DNA of 58,026 bases, filler included, from Basidioascus undulatus (lineage: Eukaryota), in NCBI GenBank assembly GCA_000826855.1. It is 7 parts of 7 records of this genome, joined end to end, with 100 filler letters (N's around TTAATTAATTAA, not from the genome) between each part and the next. Parts side by side here need not be neighbours in the genome. Positions count along the whole stretch, not along the records: positions 16,644 to 24,849 come from JTLS01001424.1; positions 24,950 to 33,149 come from JTLS01001425.1; 5 more parts are not named here. One strand, given 5' to 3'. Shown in pieces: positions 22,946-33,249 of the stretch. The notes under the pieces were generated by a model. It saw only the letters and a program-made list of their open reading frames with translations. It searched no databases and was not told where the DNA came from. Position 1 is the stretch's first letter, and the number at the start of each line of letters is the position of its first letter. Made by a program: the position numbers and the translations under genes.

Positions 22946-23473
22946 ATGGGCCTATGGGACGCCAAAAACCAACTCGAAGCTCGTTTCGCTGACGTCCAAC
23001 TTCGCGTGCGGCGCATCGCTTGGGGCTTTCATCCCTCCCACCCCGCGCTGGATTCTACATTTCGAGGGATCAAATCCATCTGCGCACTCACCGTGTTTCA
23101 AAGTTGCTCTGGACGCGCCGCAATTTCGATTTTCTTGTCCTGGCGCACATGCGCCGACTCTCTCTCTTGTCTAGTCCGTGGCGACCTCAACGATACTTTC
23201 CAAATGTTCTGGAATCTTTCGAAGGACGCTGCGGAGCTTGATCTGGCCCTGAAGAGTTTCGATCGCGCTGCGAAGACTCTGTATGCGGCGCAGACGAGGA
23301 CCCGGACGCTGTCGAATTTCGGGTTCTGCACAAGGCGGTTGCGGAGATGGGTGGAACGGTTGGCTTGGCTTGACTCGTTGGTGCAGAGGTGTTCAGGAGA
23401 ACCTGAGGCAACGGAAGCGCACTGTGCCAGGCTCGAGGATGTGCGCAGGGCCCTCGAGGCGGTTGGGTCTTGA
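22946..23473 (+). CDS. Hypothetical helical protein, first copy of a diverged tandem pair
   Basis: 175-aa ORF that shares motifs with 23724-24150. It may contain an intron or be partly decayed. Confidence 0.4.
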   Translation: MGLWDAKNQLEARFADVQLRVRRIAWGFHPSHPALDSTFRGIKSICALTVFQSCSGRAAISIFLSWRTCADSLSCLVRGDLNDTFQMFWNLSKDAAELDLALKSFDRAAKTLYAAQTRTRTLSNFGFCTRRLRRWVERLAWLDSLVQRCSGEPEATEAHCARLEDVRRALEAVGS

Positions 23474-23723
23474 AGCTTTTTGTGCAGTCGGTTAGTTCCA
23501 GTATCCTTGAATGCGTTTCAGGATTGTGGTGAATTTAACAGGACCGCGTAAAGAGAGGGGTTTCTTGTATAAGGGGTCTACCTGCTCTTGAAGCTCGTCC
23601 TACTCAAAAAACGGGCGCATACTTTACGCTGCAGCGTCGCTCTGTCCTTCCGTCTCAGGGCCTTCAACCCCAAGCCCCGCTCACCTTTGAGAGCGAGGGA
23701 TTGGGCCTGCTGCACAATGGAGT

Positions 23724-24150
23724 ATGAAAGACTCTGCACGCCGAGCCGAGACTCCGCAGTTGCTCTGCAGGGAGATGCACCGCGATCTCAACTTTCTCGC
23801 TCTGGCGCAGCTGACCCTCATCGCCGTCCCACCGACCGCCGCGTTTGACAGCACTTTCGAAGCGGTGTGTCTGGGATCTCTCCCGGGACACTGCAGGCTC
23901 TACTTGCTCCTAGAAGAGTTCTTTCCTGCCTCGGAGACTCTCGATGCGGCGATCAAACGCCAACTCGAGCACTGTCGCGGTTCAGGAGCTGCAGAGCGGG
24001 GTTGCGGAACTGGATAAGATGGGTGGCTTGACTTATGGAAAGAAGGGCTAAAAGACGCACAGCGCAGGAGGCTTGGGAAGAATTGGCGTCGAGTCTTGAA
24101 TGCATCTTGCAGTCGCTGCAGGTCGCTGCGATTGGCCTGGTGCCTTCCTT
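23724..24150 (+). pseudogene. Decayed tandem paralog of 22946-23473
   Basis: AAFDSTF vs PALDSTF; ASETLDAA vs AAKTLYAA; RLRNWIRWVA*L (after a frameshift) vs RLRRWVERLAWL. Confidence 0.5.
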
Positions 24151-24423
24151 TGAATTCAAACGTCATATCTGTGTCCATATTCTTTTACGCTTTGCATTCT
24201 CCTGATGAAACACGATGCAGCCTCGTGCAAGCACCTGATCGCCCGGCGCTGGCGATGCCCCCGCACTTCCCCCGTCGGAGTCCGGGGTGGGTGCAGGGCG
24301 CCGTTGTGGAGGCCCGAAAGGAGCGCCTCACTCCGTGCAGCCCTCAGTTATCGAAGACGCTCTCGTACTCCCTCCTTATCCTACACCTTCACCCTCCTTC
24401 GCGCCGTCTTGCTTGGAACGGCC

Positions 24424-24849
24424 ATGGCCAGCAGCGATACCCCCGCGGCGCCGGCGACTACGGGCGTGAAGCGCAAGCGCCCGCAAAGCTGCGATGTGTG
24501 CAGGCAGCGCAAGGTCAAGTGCCAGACGGAGGAGGGCAGGACGGTGTGCAACCCCTGCGGAGCCATCGGCGTGCGTTTCTCTTTCTTTTGTTCGTTCCGC
24601 TTATGAGGGGACGAATGGGGGGCTGATGCTGGCTGGGATGGTGGGGGTACAGGCGGCCTGCACGTACAACATCCAGCGCAAGCGGCCAGGACCGCAGAGC
24701 GTGTGCGCCGGCCCTCTTCCATCTTGCATCCTCAAACTGAACATCGCTTGGTCCAACTCCCCAGATTCGCCCGGACAGACCCCGCCCTGCACTCCCAACC
24801 AGCGCCACCCTCCTCGCCTGCCCTCCCCGCCCACTCAGCGCTCACGCCC
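24424..24849 (+). CDS. Zn(II)2Cys6 transcription factor, 5' part, cut by the contig end
   Basis: KRKRPQSCDVCRQRKVKCQTEEGRTVCNPCGAIG|AACTYNIQRKRPGP has six Cys in Gal4-type spacing across a GTGCGT..CAG intron. Confidence 0.9.
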
Positions 24850-24949
24850 NNNNNNNNNNNNNNNNNNNNNNNNNNNNNNNNNNNNNNNNNNNNTTAATTA
24901 ATTAANNNNNNNNNNNNNNNNNNNNNNNNNNNNNNNNNNNNNNNNNNNN
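24850..24949. other. Artificial 100-nt contig spacer with TTAATTAATTAA linker
   Basis: N-run with central linker. Confidence 0.99.
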
Positions 24950-26185
24950 CGCGCCAGCAGCGCGCGCGGACCACGAGCCTCGCCGTGCCGGGCGGGCCTC
25001 GCCCGGACGTCCGCAGGGAGAAGAAGACGGAGAAGGAGAACGCGGGCGAGGACGAGGGGAAGGAGGAGAAGGAGAAAGAGAGGAAGAAGGACAAGCCGAG
25101 CGTGACGTTTGCCGCCCCGCTCCCCGCTGAGAAGGCGTTCAAGAAGCGTGAGGCCTCTCCTATCTCTCTTCCGCCGCCACACCTGCTCTCTGACGCTGAC
25201 ATGCCCTAATCTTCGCCCTGTTCCTCGACCCAGCCCTGCCGATCGCCACCAAGTCGTCCGCCACTTCCACGCCCTTCGACCCCCCGCCCTCGCCCGCGTC
25301 GTCGTTCCTCATGCCCCCGCCTTCCCCGACGATGAGCATCGGCAGCAACGGCGGTTCGAGCCCGAAGCTCACGTCATGGTTCGCCAATATGTTTTGGAAG
25401 AGCCACGTGCGTCCCTCGCCTGCCTTCTCCCTCCCTTTATCCTAACCTTGTGCGCTTCCTGACCCCATCTCTTTCTCTCTGGCACGCGAACCAGACCGTC
25501 GACATGTACTCGCCCGAGCCCGTCGCGCTTGCGCGTGAGACCTGCAAAACCATCCTCGAGTCGCTCGGCGTCAAGGTCGTCGTCGAGGACGCCGAGTCGT
25601 TCGGGACGCTCAAGTGCAAGACCGATGAGATTCGGGGTATGTCCTCCTTCCTCATCCCTCTCTCCCTCGTCTTTCTCTTGATGCCTTCTCCCGCTGACGA
25701 CTAACACTTCCACCCCCCCGACAGAGCCCAACGGCCTCACGACGCTCCTCAAACCCGTCCGCTTCCGCGTCGAGTTTACGCACCGCACGAGCGGGAGCCC
25801 CGTCCTCGGCAGCGCGACCCCGCCCCAGATCGCCCCGACCAGCATCCAGACTGCTCTCTCGCTCGTGCTCGAGAAGGGCGCGTACGGGACGTTCAAGACG
25901 GTCCACGAGCGGCTCAGGACCGAGTGCGTCTCCGTCCTCCCTCCCCTTCTCTCTGTCTTTCGTTCGCTCTCCCTCGAACGGTAAAGCTACTGACCTAATT
26001 CGTCTTCGATGCGGGTCGGGAACAGATTCGAGAACAAGCACAACAACGCCGGCGTCGTCGGTAGACGCGCCCTGCCCGCCCCGCCCACGCAGACGCAGAC
26101 GCAGGTGCCTGGCCTCCGCACCCTCGGCCTCGGCATGATCGGCGTCGACCCGCCCCGCCCGACGTCGTCGTGGATCCGCTCGTGA
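24950..26185 (+). CDS. 3' part of a Nim1-family (Gin4/Hsl1/Cdr2-like) kinase with a fungal KA1 domain; kinase domain not in this contig
   Basis: Spliced SPKLTSWFANMFWKSH|...ARETCKTILESLGV...LKCKTDEIR|...LKPVRFRVEF...LSLVLEKGAYGTFKTVHERLR resembles the KA1 tail of septin-associated kinases. TGA at 26183-26185. Confidence 0.7.
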
Positions 26186-26291
26186 TCGCGCGCGCGGAAC
26201 TTCTCTGCAGTCTACCTCGTTGCTAGATTTCTTTCCTTCATTCACTTTTCTTGCCATACACGACGCACCTTTCGTTGAAGTACTATACACG

Positions 26292-26354
26292 TTCCGCACT
26301 TCCGCATTTCCGCCTTTCCGCATTTCCGCATTTCCGCATTTCCGCACTTCCGCA
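26292..26354 (+). repeat. Tandem 8-bp repeat TTCCGC(A/C)(C/T), 8 copies
   Basis: ttccgcac ttccgcat ttccgcct ttccgcat ttccgcat ttccgcat ttccgcac ttccgca, in the 3' flank of the kinase gene. Confidence 0.9.
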
Positions 26355-27339
26355 AACCTTCGCATTGCATATTTATTGTCCAACTCACGTACTTGTCGCT
26401 CGTTTGCACCTTCGCTTTTAGTCATCAATTGCCTTTGCCCTTGCACCTCACTGCAGCTGGCGTTGCAGGCCATTCTGACATCGCTCGGAGCGCGTGTACA
26501 TCAAGGACGGGTTCGTCCGAGATCTTGCAATATAGCTTCGCCATGTACTTCTTCGTAGGACGGCGTGGCAGCACGTCCAAAGCCTGGACATATACTGACT
26601 GAAACGGGCTGTGCATAACCGGACATCGTACACTTCATCCATTTTGTATGTCTTGATCGTCTACCACAGTTTCACAAGAGAGGGTTTTCATCGGTACTTC
26701 CGTGTAATTCCCATGTTTTATGTGATGCGCAGCTCGCGATGGCCGGACCTCCCGGCCTAGGTGCGCATGGTCGTACAAGACCTACTCGGGCGCGGGAACG
26801 GCCCGCATTCCAACAACGCGAACTTGATGAAGCTTCGAGGACGGTGGGAGAAGGTTGCGCCGGGCGAGTTTCTCGATGGTTGCGATGCGAAGCCGGGGGG
26901 GTCGGTCCCCCTTCGGAGAAGGAGCGGGTTGCGATGCAAGCGATCATTCTCGCAGCCAGGGTGGAGCAGTATGCATATTTGAAATAGGAAAAAAGGCAAG
27001 CTTGCCTTCGCTCCGTTCCGTGTAGGTGCAACGAGCGTGGCTCGAAGACTGAAGTGCAACACCGCTGGGTAACCTGGACCACAGCCGAAAAGACACCGCT
27101 TCGTGCTTCTCATTTCACCAGAGGTTTCAACAGAGGCTGAGACCTGAAGTGCACACTCAGAGTCTCTACCGCTCTCGGCTTGCGCCCGCTCTTCCAAGTC
27201 GCTTCTGCCTCGACCAGCGCGCCGCTCACGCCTTTGCCTCAGACATCACTCACCTGAAAGTGGATCCCCCACTTCGCTTCCAGGGTCTCCTAACTTCTCA
27301 CTCAGATAGCCAGCATCAATCGCACCCGCCTCTTCACTT

Positions 27340-27722
27340 CCTCCTTATCCTCCTGAGCAGCAGCTCGCGACGGTGCGCCAGCGCCTCAGTGTCGCCAGGC
27401 TGCCGAGTCGCGGGTCAAGGAGCTCAAGGCTTATGTGCAGGGATTTGAAAGCATTTCTCAGTTTACCGCACAGCAGACGAAGGTGCGGGAGGAGGAAGCT
27501 TCGCGGCGGGTTGGGGCACTTGAGGCGCGGCTCGCTGCACAGGAGGTGGAAGGGGTGAGGCGCATTCAGGACCTTGAGAGGCAACTTAGGCGGGCGCAAC
27601 TGACTCAAACGCTTAGACAAAGGGTTGTTCTGGCGGGGGGACGACAGCCGGAATGGGAAGAGGTGCTCGGGAGCGTGGACGAGCTTGCGGCTGACTGGGT
27701 TTTCCGAAGCGGACCTACATGA
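27340..27722 (+). pseudogene. Coiled-coil coding fragment, probably decayed
   Basis: Heptad-like text EQQLATVRQRL / ESRVKELKAYVQGF...LEARLAAQE...LERQLRRAQL switches frame near 27400. Confidence 0.3.
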
Positions 27723-28242
27723 CACTGTGCTGCAGTAGAGTTACTTTGCATGCAGCATTTATTCTGCTTTTACTGTTTGCAGGGGAGTGGTTCGGCCTTT
27801 AAATAAGAGCCCGAAGAACTTCATTCATGCCATTCAACGCTCGAGCAAATGAGGCGCTTTCAGAGCGGAAAGACTCAGCTCGCAGTTAACGAAGAAAAAT
27901 ATTGTTACATGACGAGATCTGGATATCAAAGTGGTAGAATGTTTGTACAGGGACAGCGCGGCGCTCTCAGGAGATCTGCCTTGCTTTACAGCGCTCGTCT
28001 TAAACTTTCCGTACGCCTGCGACGCTGGATATCGGTGGCCACTGGCTCGCTGCGACTCCCATAATCAAGGGTAAGCACTGGATATGAATACTCAAGCTCG
28101 AATTTGCCATCATGAGCATCTACGATACTGGTGAACCCGGAAACGCGTATAAGCAACCGCAGTCTAAACGGCACGCGTGAAGGCTGGCCATCAACAGCGT
28201 ATGTTATAGAATTTATGTGCTTCTCTATCGCTGGTATGCCCT

Positions 28243-29695
28243 TTACTTGTCCGCGCTCAGAATGCGCTCGATGTTCGCAGAAACCCGGGTACGAAAGTCC
28301 TGAACTCCTGGATAGATCTTGCGGGACTGCTCGAGATCGCGGATGGGGGTCGACTCATTGTCTGGTATTGGTGAGTAATGGGTTAGAAAATCATAGTTCT
28401 GTTATCAACGTGATCAGGATTCGGTAGATACTCACCGACAAAGTAAGCGTAGCTAGGACAATCAACGCGTGAGCACACAAAGGACTGTCACGACGGAGGA
28501 CGGGTGAAAGCGTACTTCAACCAGAGCTCCTGAAGGTGGGGTTCCCCGTGTGCAATGTTGTTGTCAGTCAACGCACTTATACACCGGCGGCCGAGCGAAA
28601 CAAACCCTGCCCGAGCTTTCCGTGCAGCGCGTAGAACTCTTCTCGGAAGCGTTCGACAGCTCTCACGTCTTTGCGGCTGACCTTGGAAAGAACCTTCGCC
28701 ATATCGCGCATTGAAATGAAGTCCCCAATAACCAGAATATCCTTATCTGATGGTAGAAAGAAAATGTCTTGATTAACGTGACCTGAGGCTGTCGGAGATG
28801 CCCGACTTACTGCGATACTCGGAGGGATGCGCGAGCGCAGTAGCCACCGAAGAGCAGGAAGGCTGTAAGAGCAGGCTCATGTCCTAAAGAAAAGATTATT
28901 AGAATCACATATTCTCCGACGTCCGCCACTGCGAACAGCGGCAACTTCGTGTCGCTCGGCGCGATCATTTCGAGCAAGAAGCTACCATCGGCTTGCCATT
29001 CAGCGGCTGTAAGGCAAATGCAAGCGTGAGAGTCCATTGAAGAACCTGAATGTTACGTTGAATGTCAGAAGGTTCTCATAGTACGCGGACATGTACACAG
29101 AGGTCCGGGGAATACCGGTGTCCTTAAGATAGTCGTCGACCTGCGCCTTGGACTCGAAGTGCGGGACATTCGAGTGGTTTGAGAGTATTGAAATACAATG
29201 TATGTTTCTTGAGGCTTCAGTGTTTGCGGTTTAAGAAATTGGAGCGGGCTCACCTCCACACGAAGTGCTTCACACCGGCTGCCTTAGCCGCTTCGACCAA
29301 GCGGCGCCCTTGTTCGCCATGGTAACCGAATCTCCAGAGATCGGTGTTGCCGAAAATACCCTCCGCCCCGACGATTGCTCGACGGACTGAGTCATCGTCT
29401 TCCAAGTCGACCCTGACGATCTCAACGCCACGCTGGGCCAGAGCTGTTCGGCGGGTTGGGCTGATGGTCAGCTCACGCAGGGAAGGACAGTGGCACATTT
29501 TGCATTGGAACGCTCCGGATCGCTGGTCGTGCCTCTAATGGCGAAACTGTCGTCCTTGAGGAGCGCTTCGACGACCGAAGAGCCCTGCAGCGAGGTGGCG
29601 CCGATGACGGTGATCACTGCATGGATTCCGGTAGGTAAGCAAGGTAGAAATGTAAGGTCGTTGAGCAGCTTACGAGGCTTTTCAGAAGAAGACAT
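28243..29695 (-). CDS. NmrA-like NAD(P)-binding protein, multi-exon, possibly degenerating
   Basis: VITVIGATSLQGSSVVEALL, LAQRGVEIVRVDLED, QGRRLVEAAKAAGVKHFVW, VPHFESKAQVDDYL, YYENL, LFAVADVG, RDLEQSRKIYPGVQDF; TAA at 28243-28245. One expected splice acceptor is mutated (see findings). Confidence 0.85.
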
Positions 29696-30545
29696 GGTCG
29701 TGCTGTCTACGTTGCGTATCGCGACAAACACCGAACTCGCCATGAAGCGCAGGCCTCGCCTCCACTCATAGCTTTGCGCTATGTAAATCTAATCTTGCAC
29801 GAGATGCACTCTCTTCCGGGACTTCGAGATAGATGTAATCATCGTAACTCCATGTTGCGCCGAATCTTGACCGCACATGTGAGGCGAACTTCAGCGGAAT
29901 GCGAAGGTCTGCTAAGCATTCGTTCTGTCTTGGGTTTGCCCGAGTGCGCCAGAGCTGCCAGGCAATGTCACACCCAACTTGAGAATTCGACTTTTATTGA
30001 ACATTTTTCTATGGTACGAACCTCATCTAGGATTGTTTATGAACAGCCCAAGCAGGGTCATGCGAGCTGACCACCACGTTCGACTAGCAGGCAGCGCTTG
30101 GCTAACATACAGCACACGGAGTGCCTCAACTTTCGTCGCGTCCCAGAGAAACAGCCATGATCCAGCTTTGACTAAAATCGCAATATTGCGTGTGTTTGAC
30201 GCTAAGGTTCCTGCTGCATCTTCCTTCTCCTGTAGACGGAGGGCGGAGGTGCTGACTGTCAGCAGTGCGTGGCCAGCCGTACTTGCTGCATGGCCTATCC
30301 TTGGGATCCTTGCAGTGGTTGAACTGTATCTCTTACTGTTGTGTTTTTATTCTGAGTGCTGTCGAGACATTTGGAAAGCAGCGTTATCTCGGCAGGGAGC
30401 GAATCGCTGTGAGCTCGATGTGCTCAAGGTGCTAACGAAACTGCATATAGTACGGGTGAACGCACAGATAAAGAACGCCAGACGGTGGAATAGATGACCA
30501 TCTCAATCGTACACAACCCAACATGCAGCGTCCTCACTCCTTTAT

Positions 30546-31345
30546 CTAGCCCTGCCTTTCCTTCATCAACGCGCACAGCCTCGCCCACCAGTTCACTGGC
30601 CTGCCGGGAGGCAGCTCATAACGGCCGCCCACCTCAAACGGGAAGACCGCAAACGACGGCGGTGCGCTCAGCAAAATTAGGGTTACCCCACCTCTTCCCT
30701 GCGCCAGAACTGCGCGAGCACCCTCCAGCGTCAGGCCCTGGGTTCCTGTCCACCGCCAGCAACGCAGCCATGCCAGGGCGCACCTCTTTCCTGCGCAACC
30801 TCAATGGACTCGAGAGGCGACGGCGCGTCGTGCCACCGCATAAGGTTTGATCGTCTCCGCCGGCACGATCTCATAGGAGAGAAGCTCGAAGCGGGGGGGA
30901 TCGAAGCTGACGAGACGCAATTCGATGCGGAGACCCCGACGCAAGCAGTTCGAGCTGTCGACATCGAGCTTCAGCGCAAGGATGCTCGCCGGCAAGAGTA
31001 CAGCCCTGTGGGTGAGCTCCCACGCCCGGAGGGCCTTGGTGCCCGAATGAAGCGCTGCGGTCTGGGGGCACTCGGCGGCGTGCTGTTGGACCGCAGCGAG
31101 GTGCTGGCAAATCCCCTTGTGGGTCGGCCAGTGCTGACGCTGGCATTCCTTCGAGCAGTACGAGACTGCTCAAGTACAGCAGAGGACTGCGTTTAGGAAT
31201 GTCTACCAGAGCAGTCGGGGAGAGCAGAAAGCGCACCTTCCCGGCAGCCCCGATGCTTTGGGCCTTCCGGCGCAGCGACCTTCTCCCAATGCTGGCACGT
31301 CCCATAGAGCCGAGACGTTCTAAGAGTACTCTCAACTGAAGGCAT
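30546..31345 (-). pseudogene. Degenerate MYND zinc-finger gene
   Basis: MPSVEST...TCQHWEK...KHRGCRE|AVSYCSKECQRQHWPTHKGIC keeps the MYND second half but lacks two N-terminal Cys. An in-frame TGA at 30801-30803 lies 85 codons before a TAG at 30546-30548. Confidence 0.65.
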
Positions 31346-31742
31346 GGTCGTGATGTAGGCGTTGTATGAGCTAGGATGTGGTCGGGCGAGAGCGATGATG
31401 ACGGTGAGAGGAAAGAGCCTCTGGCAGGGGCGAGGAACGCCGCATGTCGTGCCGCTTCTTTCAAGACCTCACTCCCTTCTTAACTTTTGAGGCGGCGAAG
31501 CGCGCTGGAATACGAGATCTCCCTCAACCACGCGGCTTGAACGATGATATACAACTGAATATGATTCTCAGCACCGTGTGTTGGGGATGAAGCGACGTTG
31601 CGGAAACACTCTGTGTGTTTCCGACGGACAGCTCAACAGACGCTTTGGAAAAACTACTGAAACATTTCCCGTAAATTGGCACGTTCAGGCACCCCATCCT
31701 GCTCAACAACATTTTTACTCCATGCACCACTCCAAATCGTTT

Positions 31743-33149
31743 CTATACAGCGTCCTCCGGCGGGGCCGGATCCCTCGCGAAATGCCTTACCATCTCCGGC
31801 CTGAGGTCTTCCAGCTTCGTGACGCCCAGGAGCCTCAGCCCAGTCCCAATCTCCTCCTCCATGACTGTTACGCAAACCCACCCCATCAGCATTCGAGCCA
31901 ACCCCCGACCACACCCTCACAGAGGCAGTGAGAAGAAGAGAAGAAGGAGAACCAACGCACTCTGCACCGCCCTCACAACACCCTCTTCGCCGTACGCGCT
32001 CTGCGCGTACAAGAACGGTCTGCCGAGCCCGACCGCGCGCGCGCCGAGGCACAGCGCCTTGAGGACGTCCGTCCCGCGCCGGACGCCCCCGTCGAGGTAG
32101 ACCTCGAGGTGGTTGAACACCTCCGGCGCTTCCTCGCGCAGCTCGCGGAGGAGATCGATGGATGCCGGGGCGCTGGAGGGGTTCAATGCTATCAGCTCGG
32201 CTGGTTCTAGACTGGAAAACGACTGGCGAGGAAGAGGGGGAGGGAAAGGGGGAGAGGTGGGAGAAGAGAAGGGACGTACAAATCGAGTTGTCTCCCCCCA
32301 TGATTGCTCAGCACGATCCCCTGCACGCCCGCCTCGACCGCCAACCGCGCGTCCTCGACGCTCTGAATCCCCTTGAGCACGAGCGGGAGCTTTGTGAGCC
32401 CCCTTAGCCAGGCCACGTCCGCCCAGGTGACGTCTGCCGCCTGGTAGCCCGAGATCGCCTGCGCGACGCCTTGCGTGCCGGAGTCCGCCTGCCCACCGTT
32501 CTGAAGTCAGCACATGGGCAAGGTGCGAGATGGGAGGAAGGGAGACAAACGGAATCGAAATCGCCTTTGGCGCGGATATCTGGGGGGCTGACAGGTGAGC
32601 AGAGGGAGGGAGGAGGGAGGAGGGGAAGAGAACGTACCACGCTCCCGCTTGCCGGGGACGGCGGCGTCCACGGTGAGGATGATCGCGTTGCACCCGAGCG
32701 ACTCGACCTTCCTCACGAGCTTCTCGCTCGCGTCGCGGTCCCAGTTCATGTACAGCTGTCGCACCCAAAACCACGCGCTTCCTCACGTCAAAATCAAAAG
32801 AAAGGGGCGAAGAATACGGAAGCAAAGGGCAGAAAGGAGTCCCTGCGCACCTGAAAAATCAGCGGCTGCCCCTCCCCCCTCGTCCCGATAATCTCCTCCA
32901 GACTGCAGCTCGCATTCGCGCTGATGCCCTGGACGATCCCCGTCCGTCCCGCCCCGCGCGTGAGGTTGAGCTCGCCGTCCGGGTGGCCGAGGCGCGCCAT
33001 TGCCGCGGGTGCGATGAAGATCGGCAGGGAGGAGGGGATGCCCAGGAGCGTCGTGGAGAGTGAGATGCGGGTTACATCGCGGAGACTGAGGGATACCAGT
33101 TTGAGGGATACCAGTTTGAGGGCCCTTGCAGAAGAGCGAGTGCGTGATC
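31743..33149 (-). CDS. FMN-dependent alpha-hydroxy-acid dehydrogenase (cytochrome b2 / L-mandelate dehydrogenase-like), 3' part, cut by the contig end
   Basis: [101 protein letters not shown]. Confidence 0.93.
33088..33122 (+). repeat. Perfect 15-bp tandem duplication (GAGGGATACCAGTTT x2.3) inside an intron
   Basis: Read directly; it abuts the splice acceptor of the dehydrogenase exon on the minus strand. Confidence 0.85.
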
Positions 33150-33249
33150 NNNNNNNNNNNNNNNNNNNNNNNNNNNNNNNNNNNNNNNNNNNNTTAATTA
33201 ATTAANNNNNNNNNNNNNNNNNNNNNNNNNNNNNNNNNNNNNNNNNNNN
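33150..33249. other. Artificial 100-nt contig spacer with TTAATTAATTAA linker
   Basis: N-run with central linker. Confidence 0.99.

Noticed and set aside
24200..24240. CTGATGA followed by a stem as a hammerhead ribozyme or C/D snoRNA
   Set aside because: No GAAA core after the stem and no convincing terminal stem or guide.
26292..26354. Repeat array as CRISPR or telomeric repeat
   Set aside because: It has no spacers, the context is eukaryotic, the position is internal and the unit is unlike TTAGGG.
26720..26960. GC-rich hairpins as a possible RNase P, MRP or SRP RNA
   Set aside because: No conserved-region signatures found.
30801..30803. In-frame TGA as selenocysteine or an editing-corrected stop
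   Set aside because: No redox motif or recognisable SECIS. The gene has other decay marks, and Sec usage is not established in Dikarya.
28243..33149. NmrA, MYND and FMN dehydrogenase as a secondary-metabolite cluster
   Set aside because: There is no backbone enzyme in the contig, and two of the genes look degenerate.
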